Shown: positions 19,035 through 29,611, counted from the whole stretch's first letter. The stretch: 62,198 bases of DNA, filler included, from an uncultured Methanoregulaceae archaeon (GCA_964530035.1; 2 parts of 2 records of this genome joined end to end with filler, not necessarily neighbours in it), one strand, 5' to 3'. Numbers and translations: made by a program. Notes: generated by a model not told the origin, from the letters alone.

Positions 19035-21671
19035 GTGTTTTCAGTTCTCTATGTAGATGACGAACCGGATTTACTTGATATCGCAAAGTTGTTTCTGGAG
19101 AGGACGGGTTTCTTCCAGATAGATACGTGCACATCCGTATCTGAAGCCCAGGAGAAGCTCGCGTTGCACACGTATGATGCCATCATCTCCGATTATCAGA
19201 TGCCTGGAATGGACGGGATTGAATTTCTCAAGTATCTCAGGCGTCATGGGCAGAAACTGCCGTTTATCCTCTTTACCGGGAAAGGAAGGGAAGAGGTTGT
19301 AATCGAGGCCCTCAACTGCGGGGCGGATTTATATATCCAGAAAGGCGGCGACCCGAAATCGCAGTTTATTGAACTTGATCATAAGCTGAAGCTTGCCATA
19401 GACAGAAAGCAGGCCAATGACAAACTGAAGGAATCACAGCAGAGGATGACGGAAATCATCGACCACCTTCCGGACGCGACATTTGCCATTGACCTGGACC
19501 AGAACGTGATCGCATGGAACCGGGCCATGGAGGAGATGACCGGTGTCTCAAAAAAACAAATCCTGATGAAGGGAGACTATGAATATTCCATCCCTTTTTA
19601 TGGAATACGAAGGCCAATGCTCCTCAATCTTGTTTTGCATGAAGACAGGGAGGTTGAAAAAAAATATCCCTGCCTGGTCCGGCAAGGCGAGAAACTGATA
19701 TCAGAGAGTCATATCTCGTTTGACGTTGGGGGAAAAGGAGCATTTCTCTGGTTCATCGCGTCTCCTCTCTATGATACGGAGGGGAACATCACCGGGGCGA
19801 TTGAGTCGATCAGGGATATCACTGACCGTAAACTGGTGGAAGAGGACCTTAAAAAAGGTGAGGAACGCTACCGGGCAGTCATCGAAAGTCAGACGGAGCT
19901 CATATGCCGGTTTCTCCCGGATGGAACCCATGTTTTTGTGAATAATGCATACTGCCGTTATTTCGGAAAAAAACCCGGAGAAATAATTGGTACGAAATTT
20001 GTTCCTGACCTGGTTGAAGAGGACAGAAAACGAGTCCGGAAACATTTTCTGAGTATGTCACGGCAGAACCCGGTTGCGATTATTGAACACCGGATCATCA
20101 TGCCTGACGGACAGGTACGATGGCAGCAGTGGAGTGACCGGGCGATATTTGATAACAAGGGCAGACTTCTCGAATATCAATCCGTGGGAAGGGATATCAC
20201 CGACCGGAAGAATGCTGAAGACTCCCGACACCGATATGAACACCGGCTTGCCGATATCATCAATTTTCTCCCGGATGCAACGTTTGTTATCGATCAGGAC
20301 AGGAAAGTGATTTCCTGGAACCGGGCAATGGAGGAGATAACGGGCGTTCCTGCCGAGCAGATGCTTGGAAAAGGAGATTACGTATACGCACTCCCTTTTT
20401 ATGGGTGCCGGCGTCCCATCCTTGTCGATTTGGTGTTTGAGCCGGATGAGGAACTGGAGAAGAACTACTACCATATCATCCAGAAAAAGGGGGACCTCCT
20501 TATCGCAGAAACACAATTGGCCCGCCCTATGGGAAAATCAACGTATCTCTGGGGAAAGGCGACCCCGTTGTATGATGAGTCGGGTGCCAGGGTAGGGGCG
20601 ATTGAATCCATACGGGATATCACTGACCGCAAAAAAACGGAACTGGCACTCGTACGTCAGACAAAATTTGTCCAGACGCTCATGGATGCCCTTCCAACAC
20701 CTGTTTTTTACAAAAACCGCGATGGGACCTATACCGGTTGCAACACTGCCTTTGAGCAGTTTATCGGGATACCCCGGGAGCAGTTAATCGGCAGGACCGG
20801 GTATGATATCGCACCACCGGAGTTCGCTGATGTCTATCGTCGTGCCGATGAAGAACTCTTTTCGTCCCGGAATGTCCAGCAGTATGAAGCAGCGATGCAA
20901 AAGGCGGACGGATCCATCCACGATGCGATTTTTTACAAGGCACCTCTGTATGATGACCAGGGAGAGGTTACCGGACTTATTGGTTCGATTCTGGATATCA
21001 CTGAGCGCAAAGATGCTGAAAAAGCGTTGCAGGTTGTTAATAAGAAACTCAACATGCTCAACAGCATTACCCGGCATGACATCCTGAACAAGCTCGCGGT
21101 GTTACGTGCCTACCTTGACCTGACGAAGGAAAAAATAACTGATCCGGAATTATTGCATAATCTTGAAAAAGGGGAACATGCTGCCACGGTTATCAAATGG
21201 CAGATCGAGTTTACCCGGAACTACCAGGACATTGGAGCTCAAACCCCGCAATGGCAGGTTGTAAGGGATACCATCTATTCTGCAGCGAAGCAGCTGAACC
21301 CCACCGGAGTTACGATTGATGTTGCCGTGGATGACGTGGAAATCCTTGCAGATCTCAACCTGGAGAAAGTATTCTACAACCTCATGGAAAATTCCCTTTT
21401 CCACGGGGATCACGTGACCCATATAGACATATCAGCGCATGAACGTGAACACCATCTTATTATCACCTATTGTGACAACGGGGTGGGTATTCCTGCAGAA
21501 GAAAAGCATAAACTCTTCCAGAAAGGGTATGGAAAGCATACCGGTCTTGGCTTGTTTTTATCCAGGGAGATCCTCTCTATTACGGAGATAGGTATCCTGG
21601 AAAACGGTGAGCCGGGAAAGGGAGTGAGGTTTGAAATCGAAGTGCCCCAGGGTAAGTATCGATCACCGTGA
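19035..21671 (+). CDS. Hybrid sensor kinase: REC-4xPAS-HisKA-HATPase
   Basis: VLYVDDE/ISDYQMPGMDG receiver, four PAS/PAC units ending in (R/L)DIT, ITRHDILN H-box, NLMENS, DNGVGI and GLGL. Confidence 0.95.
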   Translation: MFSVLYVDDEPDLLDIAKLFLERTGFFQIDTCTSVSEAQEKLALHTYDAIISDYQMPGMDGIEFLKYLRRHGQKLPFILFTGKGREEVVIEALNCGADLYIQKGGDPKSQFIELDHKLKLAIDRKQANDKLKESQQRMTEIIDHLPDATFAIDLDQNVIAWNRAMEEMTGVSKKQILMKGDYEYSIPFYGIRRPMLLNLVLHEDREVEKKYPCLVRQGEKLISESHISFDVGGKGAFLWFIASPLYDTEGNITGAIESIRDITDRKLVEEDLKKGEERYRAVIESQTELICRFLPDGTHVFVNNAYCRYFGKKPGEIIGTKFVPDLVEEDRKRVRKHFLSMSRQNPVAIIEHRIIMPDGQVRWQQWSDRAIFDNKGRLLEYQSVGRDITDRKNAEDSRHRYEHRLADIINFLPDATFVIDQDRKVISWNRAMEEITGVPAEQMLGKGDYVYALPFYGCRRPILVDLVFEPDEELEKNYYHIIQKKGDLLIAETQLARPMGKSTYLWGKATPLYDESGARVGAIESIRDITDRKKTELALVRQTKFVQTLMDALPTPVFYKNRDGTYTGCNTAFEQFIGIPREQLIGRTGYDIAPPEFADVYRRADEELFSSRNVQQYEAAMQKADGSIHDAIFYKAPLYDDQGEVTGLIGSILDITERKDAEKALQVVNKKLNMLNSITRHDILNKLAVLRAYLDLTKEKITDPELLHNLEKGEHAATVIKWQIEFTRNYQDIGAQTPQWQVVRDTIYSAAKQLNPTGVTIDVAVDDVEILADLNLEKVFYNLMENSLFHGDHVTHIDISAHEREHHLIITYCDNGVGIPAEEKHKLFQKGYGKHTGLGLFLSREILSITEIGILENGEPGKGVRFEIEVPQGKYRSP

Positions 21672-22270
21672 ATGAACAAATTTTCCGTTCAAAACCAATG
21701 ATTTTTTCCCGTTATCAGATCCAGGTCTTCTTCCAGGAAGAACCTGTGCAGGGTATCGGTCCCGACGGCTGGTATAACAGGCGGCACACCACCTGGCCAG
21801 GGGTCAGCCTGTACAGGGTAATGCAAGGGCATCCCACTACCGTTTTATAAAAGAATATCGCATCGATCCGGTAGAACAGCCGGTACATGAACGATGCCCG
21901 GCTATTTCTTTTTCTTCCCAAGGATCCGATCAACGATGTCAGTGGCATCCGTGGGTTTTTTCGGGGGTTTTGGTCCGATGTCCGGGTCTTTCTTTTTCGC
22001 CATGACAACACCTCCACGTCATGTGCAATAACGCTATCGCATGTACTATCCGGAACGTGGGATGATGACGTCTCCACGAATACCCGGTGGACAAACCAGG
22101 CCTGCACGTTTGTTCGCGGGATACTCCGGGACCGTACCTGAGTCCGGGATGATGGGGTTTCCCTGGGGAGAAAAGGCCCTGTTTCAGTCGTCCATTCCCC
22201 ATCCTGCCGAAAAAAACCGGGAAATCTCCTGGAGGGAACGTATGCGGCGAACATGCCTGGCCGGCCGTTC

Positions 22271-25200
22271 TCACGAGGACTCCAACCGGAACCCTCCCCT
22301 GGGGACCGTGATCTCGAACCTGGCTCCCTTGCCGTACTCCCCGGTTTCCGTGATGGTGATGTCGGTGATGGCAAGGATCTCCCGGGAAAGGTAGAGCCCC
22401 AGGCCGGTGTTCTGGCCGAACCCGCGGTCAAAGATACGTGACTTGTTTTCTGCCGGGATCCCGGCCCCGTTGTCCTCGACAATGATCACGACCTGTTCGT
22501 CCTGCCTCCTCTGGGAGATGGTTATCGTTGTCAGGCCCTCCCCGCCATACCTGAGGGCATTGTCCATAAGGTTGAAGAAGACTTTTTCCAGGAGCAGGTC
22601 GGCATATACCTCAATGGTGCCCAGTTCATCATGGACCTGGATGTCCCCTAAGGGTAAAGCCTGCTCCGCCTTCCTGATACAGGCACCGATGTCCTGCCAT
22701 GCAGGGGCCTTGACCCCGAGGTCCTGGTATTCCTTCGTGAAGGTGATCTGGCGTTGAATGACACCGGCCACCCGCTCGGCCTTGAGGATGAACTCTGATA
22801 TCTTTGCCTCATCACCCAGGAACTCCCTGGAGAGGTCGAGGTAGCCCTTCAGGGCCAGGACCTGGTTGTTGATGTCATGCCGTGTGATGCTGGAGAGGAG
22901 GTTCAGCTTCTTGTTAATCTGGGCAAAGGCCTTTTCAACCTGTTTTCTTTCGCTGATGTCGCGGATGACGAGGATGATCCTGACCGGCCGGCCATCGGCG
23001 TCGTGAAGAAATGACGCATTTGCTTCGATGTTCATGATGGTTCCATCAGCACGGATCGCCCGGTACTCCCCCAGGCCGGTAAAAATCCCTTTGAACATGA
23101 GGGCGATGTTTTCGGCGGCCCGCTGGCGGTCCTCGTCCACCAGAAACTCGTCGATCCTGCGGCCCAGGATATCCTCCTCGCGGGAATACCCGAATATCGC
23201 CAATGCTGCCGGAGAAACAATTTCCACGGTTCCCTCGAGGTCCGTGATTGTGATGTCGTCCGGGGAGGCCCTGAGGATGGACCGGTACCTCTCCTCGCTC
23301 TCCCGGAGTTCCTCCTGGGCACGCCGTTGTTCCGTGAGGTCGACATGGGTCCCGACCATCCGGGTTACCTTCCCCTGGGCGTCCCTCGAGACGACCCGGC
23401 CACGTCCGAGGACCCACTTGTATGTACCGTCCTTCATACGGTACCGGAACTCTGCCGAGAAGGATCCACCCGTATTCAGCTCCTCGAGGACAATCTTCTC
23501 GGTCAGTTCACGGTCTCCAGGGTGGATGAGATCCTTCCAGACTGCAAACGATACCGGAAACTCACCTGGACGGTAGCCGAGCATCTCGTAGGCACGCGGG
23601 CTCCAGTATACTGAGTCCTTTGTCAGATCCCAGTCCCAGAGGCCGTCGCTCGTGGCTTCGAGGGCAAGAGAGAGACGTTCCTCGCTCAGGCGGAGAGCGT
23701 CCCCGGCCTGTTTCCGGCTGGTGATATCCCGGGCGGCAGCATAGATGAGGTTCCCGTAGGGAAACGAACGCCACTCGATCCACCGGTACGAACCGTCCCT
23801 GCATCTGTACCGGTTAACAAAGCCGACCACCTCCTTGCTATCCTGCAGATCTGCCACCGCGCTGAGGGTAGACTCAATGTCGTCCGGGTGGACGAAGTCC
23901 AGGAAGGGATGTGCCATCAGTTCCTCCTGGGTATAGCCAAGCGTCGTTTCCCAGGCCCGGTTCAGCTTGTGGAAATATCCCTCCGTGTCAGCGATGCAGA
24001 GCAGGTCGAGGGCAAGGGTGAAAAACCGGTCGAGTTCATCTGATTTTTCCTGCAGTGTTCTTTCGACCTTCTTACGCTGGGATATGTCCCAGAACACGGC
24101 GACGAAATAGCCTTTTTCAGGGGAGAAAACCGAGACCTGTAACCAGATGCTAAGGGGTTTGAAATCGATCTCGAACTCCTCCGGTACCCTGGTCGATGCC
24201 ACCCTCCCGTAGGTATCGAAGAGCTCCGGGGTCTGCTCACGGATATCAGGGATCACCTCGAGGACCCGTTTTCCCACGACGTCCTTCAGGCCGGTCAGCC
24301 GTTCGAACGCCGTGTTGACGTCAAGGTAGACCCAGTCCACAGGCCTCCCTCCTTCGTCATAGATCATCCGGCAATAGGCAGACCCTTCCATCATGTTCTC
24401 GAAGAGTCTGCGGTACCGTTTTTCGCTTTCCCTGAGGGCAGTCTCTTCCTCCCTGAGTTCACGGAGAAGAAGGCTGTAGGGCCGTTTCAGGCTGATGACC
24501 ACGAAGACCCGGTAGAAGAGACAGACCGAGACGACCCTGGAAAGGTGCCCGAGGACGTTCATGAACCCGAACACCGAAACATACGAAGTGAAGGCGAGTT
24601 CTCCCAGGATGAGGAAAACCTGTGCTCCGATCAACAGTTTCCAGACTTCAGGGTCAAAATGTGTCCGCTTGTAATAGAGGACCACACAGGTGACGGCAAG
24701 GATACCCGAAATCACATACTCGCTGGAGATCTTGAAGGGAGTAAGCCCCGTCCCCTCGATGTAGCACTGCGGAAAGGTCTTGGTGAGAAAGATGCTCGTG
24801 AAGATCAGGACACAAGCTGCGGTGCAGGCCGCGAAAACAATCAGGGCATCATGTTTTCTCTCCCGTGTTATGGACCTCCCGATGAACAGGGTTGCCACGA
24901 GAAACGCAATGCTCTGGAAGTACCTGGCTGCTATCCAGAGCTGGGTAGGAAGGTCGGCACTGATGCCCGGAAAGATCCCCATCCCCTTGTAGGCCAGGGT
25001 GTGGACGAGGTCGATGCTCCCTGTGAAGAGGAACGAGACCCCGATGATGAGGAAGAAACCGTCCGTGATATGCCGCCGGGTGTTCCAGACGATAACAAAG
25101 ATGGAAAAGGCGACGGCTATCCCTATGATCTCGGCTATTCCATGGAACAGGAGGAAATTGACCGTGCTGACCAGGTACAGCCCTGCCAGAAGGAGGAGGA

Positions 25201-25279
25201 CAAGGACACCCTGGACAAAGGCTTGCGAGTCGAACAGTTGACGCACCCTGTCCGTCCAGCCTCTCCGGGAATCAGACAT
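22271..25279 (-). CDS. Membrane (MASE3-like) sensor histidine kinase with 4 PAS domains
   Basis: NFLLFHGIAE...DLVHTLAYKGMGIF...TQLWIAARY...GLTPFKI.SEY MASE3 pattern, four PAS, ITRHDINN H-box and HATPase. Start at ATG 25279. Confidence 0.93.
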   Translation of the reverse strand: MSDSRRGWTDRVRQLFDSQAFVQGVLVLLLLAGLYLVSTVNFLLFHGIAEIIGIAVAFSIFVIVWNTRRHITDGFFLIIGVSFLFTGSIDLVHTLAYKGMGIFPGISADLPTQLWIAARYFQSIAFLVATLFIGRSITRERKHDALIVFAACTAACVLIFTSIFLTKTFPQCYIEGTGLTPFKISSEYVISGILAVTCVVLYYKRTHFDPEVWKLLIGAQVFLILGELAFTSYVSVFGFMNVLGHLSRVVSVCLFYRVFVVISLKRPYSLLLRELREEETALRESEKRYRRLFENMMEGSAYCRMIYDEGGRPVDWVYLDVNTAFERLTGLKDVVGKRVLEVIPDIREQTPELFDTYGRVASTRVPEEFEIDFKPLSIWLQVSVFSPEKGYFVAVFWDISQRKKVERTLQEKSDELDRFFTLALDLLCIADTEGYFHKLNRAWETTLGYTQEELMAHPFLDFVHPDDIESTLSAVADLQDSKEVVGFVNRYRCRDGSYRWIEWRSFPYGNLIYAAARDITSRKQAGDALRLSEERLSLALEATSDGLWDWDLTKDSVYWSPRAYEMLGYRPGEFPVSFAVWKDLIHPGDRELTEKIVLEELNTGGSFSAEFRYRMKDGTYKWVLGRGRVVSRDAQGKVTRMVGTHVDLTEQRRAQEELRESEERYRSILRASPDDITITDLEGTVEIVSPAALAIFGYSREEDILGRRIDEFLVDEDRQRAAENIALMFKGIFTGLGEYRAIRADGTIMNIEANASFLHDADGRPVRIILVIRDISERKQVEKAFAQINKKLNLLSSITRHDINNQVLALKGYLDLSREFLGDEAKISEFILKAERVAGVIQRQITFTKEYQDLGVKAPAWQDIGACIRKAEQALPLGDIQVHDELGTIEVYADLLLEKVFFNLMDNALRYGGEGLTTITISQRRQDEQVVIIVEDNGAGIPAENKSRIFDRGFGQNTGLGLYLSREILAITDITITETGEYGKGARFEITVPRGGFRLESS

Positions 25280-25413
25280 TGCTATATACCTGACCTCCTG
25301 GCAATCCAGTACTGCTCGATTTTCCGATATATAATGGTATAGGAATAATGTAGCCGGGATCAACGGAATCCGGAGGATTCGGAAGGTTCCTGGTAAAAAG
25401 AATGGAATGGAGC

Positions 25414-25584
25414 TCAAACCTGTTTTTTCAACTCCTGGATCCTTCTTTCCATCATGTTCAGCTGGACTTGTAACCGCTGTTTTCCTGATTCCAGCATCGT
25501 GATTTCATCTGCAATAGAAAGGGTATTCATGCACCCGCACATTGGGGAACACGTGCAGGTCGGGGTATGAACCGGTGTACACAT
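25414..25584 (-). CDS. Small Cys-rich coiled-coil protein
   Basis: Strong SD (GGAGGTGA on the minus strand, within 25591-25600); MCTPVHTPTCTCSPMCGC followed by a heptad helix. Divergent from HxlR. Confidence 0.7.
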   Translation of the reverse strand: MCTPVHTPTCTCSPMCGCMNTLSIADEITMLESGKQRLQVQLNMMERRIQELKKQV

Positions 25585-25612
25585 CGTGAATTTCACCTCC
25601 TTTAACACTCTT

Positions 25613-25646
25613 TACAATTACAATATATTCGATAGTATTAATTGTA
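25613..25646. promoter_or_regulatory. Inverted repeat, candidate HxlR operator
   Basis: TACAATTA-N18-TAATTGTA in the AT-rich divergent intergenic region, with an extra overlapping TACAAT half-site at 25619. Confidence 0.5.
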
Positions 25647-25671
25647 TCAAGTTTATAGAAATAGAGTGACT

Positions 25672-26097
25672 ATGGAAATGGATAGCAGGAGGATATGCCT
25701 GTGCCCTCTTGAAGGGATCATCACGACCATATCGAAAAAATGGGCAATCCTGATCATCAGCATCCTCGGGCACCACGACAGGATGCGTTTCAACGACCTC
25801 ATGACGACGCTTGACGGGATAAGCCCCAAGTCCCTGACCGATCTTTTAAAGGACCTCCACAAGGAGGGTTTAATCCAGCGTGAGGCTTTCTCTGAAATCC
25901 CCCCGAGGGTTGAGTATTCCCTCACGGACGAGGGGAGGACGCTCTGTGAAGCCCTGGTCCCGCTCATCAAATGGGCAGAACAACGGGACAACCTTCACCA
26001 GAAGGTCTGCGGTTCGGATTGTCACAGTACAAGGTGCCCCTCGAAACGGACGGGTCCCAGGAAAGGCCAGGTTGTTGTGGGATCGGAAAAACCGTAA
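25672..26097 (+). CDS. HxlR-family winged-helix transcriptional regulator
   Basis: CLCP...KKWAILI...RFNDL...GISPKSLTDLLKDL..GLIQREAFSEIPPRVEYSLTDEG, with Cys-rich N- and C-tails. Confidence 0.93.
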   Translation: MEMDSRRICLCPLEGIITTISKKWAILIISILGHHDRMRFNDLMTTLDGISPKSLTDLLKDLHKEGLIQREAFSEIPPRVEYSLTDEGRTLCEALVPLIKWAEQRDNLHQKVCGSDCHSTRCPSKRTGPRKGQVVVGSEKP

Positions 26098-26167
26098 CGA
26101 CCTGAACGTCCTGGCCGCGACCGGTAAACCGATCTCATTATCTACCGGGTCCACTGATGAAACGTCT

Positions 26168-26626
26168 ATGAACGACCTCTCCCTGCCGGTCCTCTGTGTC
26201 GTCCTTGCCGGGGGCATTATGATCGCAGGGTGCTCTGCACAGCCGAAAACACCGGAGATCTCGGTACAGGGCGTTGCCCTGAAATCCCTCTCCTTCAGTG
26301 GGCTGTCCCTCGACGTCACGGTGCAGGTAAACAACCCGAACCCGTTTGGCATCACCCTGGACTCGCTCACCTTCGACGTATACTACCTGGACGGTCCGGA
26401 CTGGGTTTACCTGTCCCATGGTGAAAAGAAAGGTCTCACCATCAATCCCGGTGAAAACCAGGTAACCGTACTGGTGACGGTCGACAACGCCGAGCTGCTC
26501 CGTTCCCTTGCCGGGTTCATCACGGGCGGGGAGGTTACGGTCCAGGTCAGGGGGACTGCATCAGTAGACCTTCACGGGTTGGTGGTTCCCATACCCTTCA
26601 CCCATACCACCACCGTGAAACGGTGA
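26168..26626 (+). CDS. LEA type 2 (WHy domain) lipoprotein
   Basis: Lipobox IAGC; PEISV...VQVNNPNPFGITLDSLTFDVY. Confidence 0.9.
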   Translation: MNDLSLPVLCVVLAGGIMIAGCSAQPKTPEISVQGVALKSLSFSGLSLDVTVQVNNPNPFGITLDSLTFDVYYLDGPDWVYLSHGEKKGLTINPGENQVTVLVTVDNAELLRSLAGFITGGEVTVQVRGTASVDLHGLVVPIPFTHTTTVKR

Positions 26627-26775
26627 AACGTTTTTGGAATCAGTGGCAGTAGGTTGGGCTTCTTTTTTTCGACAAGAAAAGGTCTGGACCTGTCAGCACA
26701 TCGTTACCTTAGGGAAAATGTATAAAGCTCTGGCAATCTCTGACCGGACATGAAAAAGGAAACTGATGGCCCGGA

Positions 26776-27813
26776 TCAGACAAGACCTGCAAGCACAACC
26801 CGGTATCCGTTTGATGCCGCCCACTTCTCCCCGAATAAGTGAAGCGGCGTTAACAGGTTATTGACAAACACCGTTGCCATTTCCTTTGTTCCGGAGCTCT
26901 CGAGTGCGAGACCTAGCCACAGATAATCGAGGGCATCTGCATCATACGGATCATAATCCCTTATGATCTGTTTGTAATTTTCGGTATAATCGGAAAGGCG
27001 TATTCCCTCCTGGTTCATGATTCTGGTAACGGCCTGCCTCCCTCTGGCATCACCAATAAGGAGGAGTGCACATCCGGCAGACTCCCTGCTCACCGGATCG
27101 TCCAATGCCTTGATTAATTTGGGAACAGCAGGCTGGCCTATTGCTACAAGCACTTCAATGGTATCAGAATCAGACCCTTTCATCCAGTTCGAATCCTGAA
27201 GATAGAGGATGAGAGGATCGACTGCGGGAGACCCCAGGGCGACAAGTCTGTTGAAGTTGTCCTCGTATAAACCGGTATCATACTCCCGTAATCCGACAAT
27301 GTAATAGGCTTCTGCCTCGGGGGACTCAGGTCGGTAGTTGAGGCGCCTCAGTGTGTCGGCAGCAGCAAACCTGACGTAGTAATCCTGCTCCCTGAGGAGC
27401 GGCAGGATTGCATTGATTGTCGAGGGGCCAATCCTGACCAGTTCATCCCGTGCGACTTTCGAGATGGAGTATTCCTTTCTCAGGTCCTTTACCAGCTGCT
27501 GGACATTGCTGTTTTTTGTTGTTCTGGGTGTGATGGTACTTTTAACCGTTATTCTTGGTGTGGGCGTCTTTTTTAGGGTAATCTTCGGGGTGGGAGTTTT
27601 CTTCACGAAGAATCGGCCAACTTGAATTGTCGACGTTTTTTGAATGGCATCCGTTGATTTTTGATATGAGATGCCAGGTGTGCCGGAGGTCGTGGTATCC
27701 GCATCTGCCAGGGCAGGACCCGGTATTATGATTAAAATGAGCACAACTGCACCGAGTGCTGCGAGAGAAAACCAATGAATTGCAGGGGTTTGCAATGGAT
27801 CGCAGGAAGTCAT
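26776..27813 (-). CDS. Secreted HEAT/PBS-lyase-repeat protein with Thr/Lys/Pro linker
   Basis: Signal peptide (PALA), KKTPTPxIT repeats, and HEAT-like units (VRFAAADTL; LGSPAVDPLI; IGQPAVPKLIKALDD..R..A..AL..IGD.R). Confidence 0.8.
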   Translation of the reverse strand: MTSCDPLQTPAIHWFSLAALGAVVLILIIIPGPALADADTTTSGTPGISYQKSTDAIQKTSTIQVGRFFVKKTPTPKITLKKTPTPRITVKSTITPRTTKNSNVQQLVKDLRKEYSISKVARDELVRIGPSTINAILPLLREQDYYVRFAAADTLRRLNYRPESPEAEAYYIVGLREYDTGLYEDNFNRLVALGSPAVDPLILYLQDSNWMKGSDSDTIEVLVAIGQPAVPKLIKALDDPVSRESAGCALLLIGDARGRQAVTRIMNQEGIRLSDYTENYKQIIRDYDPYDADALDYLWLGLALESSGTKEMATVFVNNLLTPLHLFGEKWAASNGYRVVLAGLV

Positions 27814-27976
27814 ACGACACCGTTCTTTCCATCAGGAAATAATACTGATCATTAAAACGCCTGTTTTCCGCGGACCAAGAAAATTATAATATGCCCTTGA
27901 TATTTCCGAATTCGTGAAAAAAAAGTTTCAGTTAACAGATTTATAGGATAAAAACCGATTCAATGGTAATGGAGGA

Positions 27977-29611
27977 ATGGACATGAACATAAAGGTCAAT
28001 CGTCCGTTGAGAAACGTTTTCTTCGTTGGAATTGTTTTCTGTATCTTCTGCATGATCTCACCCGTCGCCGCGGTCCACATCAAGACCGTCGACGAAGGCC
28101 TGCTCTCTGACCCCCACTGCTATGTCGGGGCGTACCTCGGCGGGGACATGGGGGTCAACGGTCCGAACCACTACATGGCAACGGGCAACATCCAGCCATA
28201 CGAAAGCCAGGTCCTTGACGGCAACGTGGAGTTCGGGAGTGGACAGCCGGACACCGGGATAGACACGTTCCGGTCCATGGCCGGTTCAAATAACATCCTG
28301 TTCTCGCGGTACATCAACCTCATGTGGTCAGGTACTGACTCGACCTACGAAAAGAAGGTCAACACTGCGGGGTCAACCATGTGGGGCTGGGCTGATGCGG
28401 TTATCCAGAAGGGCGGAGTACCGGTCGTGGTCGTCGGACCGTACGGGTATACCACGAATGGCCTTCTCGACCTCAAGGCCAAGCAGTTTGGGGTCAGCGG
28501 TGAAGACACCCTGAAAAAGCTCGTGAACAACCTCGACCAGGTAAGCAAGAAGAACGGCGATGCAACCATCATCATAGTCTTTGGGCACGAGGCCGAGTCC
28601 CATAGCGAAGTCAACCCCACCTCCGAATACAACAAGGACGGCCCGCACCACCAGGCGTACCGCCAGATGTTCAGGCAGGCCGCCGACATCATCCACAACA
28701 CCGGCAACAAGAACCTCCAGACCGGCTGGGTAACCAACGTCTGCGATGACCCCAAGGTCAAGCTGATCTACTGGCCTGAAAATGACGACTCCGGAAAGGA
28801 CATGAACACGAAGTACGTCGACTGGGTCGGCCAGGACCGGTATCACGCGACCGTCGGGTACGACGACCTCGCGAAGATGAAGCCGTTCTACAAGTACTAC
28901 GCCGAGGACAAGAACCGTCCGTTCATGTTCATGGAGACCTCGGGCTGGGGGTCCGCCTCGCTGAGCCAGGAATGGATCAAGAAGCTCTACAATGCAAAGC
29001 AGCTCCAGGCGACCTATCCGAACATCAAGGGAATCATCTGGTTCAATGTCAAGAAGGTCGACAACGACGGAGCGCTCCGGAACTTCCTCCTCCCGAACGG
29101 CGACTGGGTTGACCACGGTACCGATACCCGTGGCGAGGTTACCGGGACCAGTGATGACTACAAGAACGCCGTCAACGACCCGTACTTCTTCGGAGCGACG
29201 GTCGGGACGCCGGGTCCCGGCGTCACTGCAACGCCTACAAAGGTGACAACCTCAAAGAACCTCCCTGACCTCAGGGTCACCGCAGTGAACTCCGCCCGTG
29301 TGGTAAACCTCGGAAGCCAGTTCTTAGTCAACAGCACGGTCTTCAACAGCGGGACCGCTTCGGCGAAGAACGTCATCGTCTTCTACTCCTTAAAGTCCAA
29401 CGACGGGACCACTATTCGAGTAGGACAGTCAAACATCCCGGAGATGAGTGCGGGGATGAAATACCCTCTCTCGGCGAAGATCCTGATCCCCAAGAGCTTT
29501 AAGAAAGGGATCTACTACCTCCAGGTAGTGGCCGACCCGACGAAAGTGATCATCGAGGCCGATGAATCGAACAACGTGGGATCGAGTCCAATCCCGGTCC
29601 GGGTACGGTAA
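27977..29611 (+). CDS. Secreted GH26-like glycoside hydrolase with C-terminal CARDB domain
   Basis: Signal peptide, acid/base FGHEAE, YWP..YVDWVGQDRY, nucleophile PFMFMET, YPNIKGIIWFN; CARDB LPDLRV...VFNSG...ADP...IEADESNN. Confidence 0.82.
   Translation: MDMNIKVNRPLRNVFFVGIVFCIFCMISPVAAVHIKTVDEGLLSDPHCYVGAYLGGDMGVNGPNHYMATGNIQPYESQVLDGNVEFGSGQPDTGIDTFRSMAGSNNILFSRYINLMWSGTDSTYEKKVNTAGSTMWGWADAVIQKGGVPVVVVGPYGYTTNGLLDLKAKQFGVSGEDTLKKLVNNLDQVSKKNGDATIIIVFGHEAESHSEVNPTSEYNKDGPHHQAYRQMFRQAADIIHNTGNKNLQTGWVTNVCDDPKVKLIYWPENDDSGKDMNTKYVDWVGQDRYHATVGYDDLAKMKPFYKYYAEDKNRPFMFMETSGWGSASLSQEWIKKLYNAKQLQATYPNIKGIIWFNVKKVDNDGALRNFLLPNGDWVDHGTDTRGEVTGTSDDYKNAVNDPYFFGATVGTPGPGVTATPTKVTTSKNLPDLRVTAVNSARVVNLGSQFLVNSTVFNSGTASAKNVIVFYSLKSNDGTTIRVGQSNIPEMSAGMKYPLSAKILIPKSFKKGIYYLQVVADPTKVIIEADESNNVGSSPIPVRVR

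Noticed and set aside
21672..22270. Short ORFs between the convergent kinases (e.g. 21887..22141)
   Set aside because: No motif or translation signals; could be a remnant but is unsupported.
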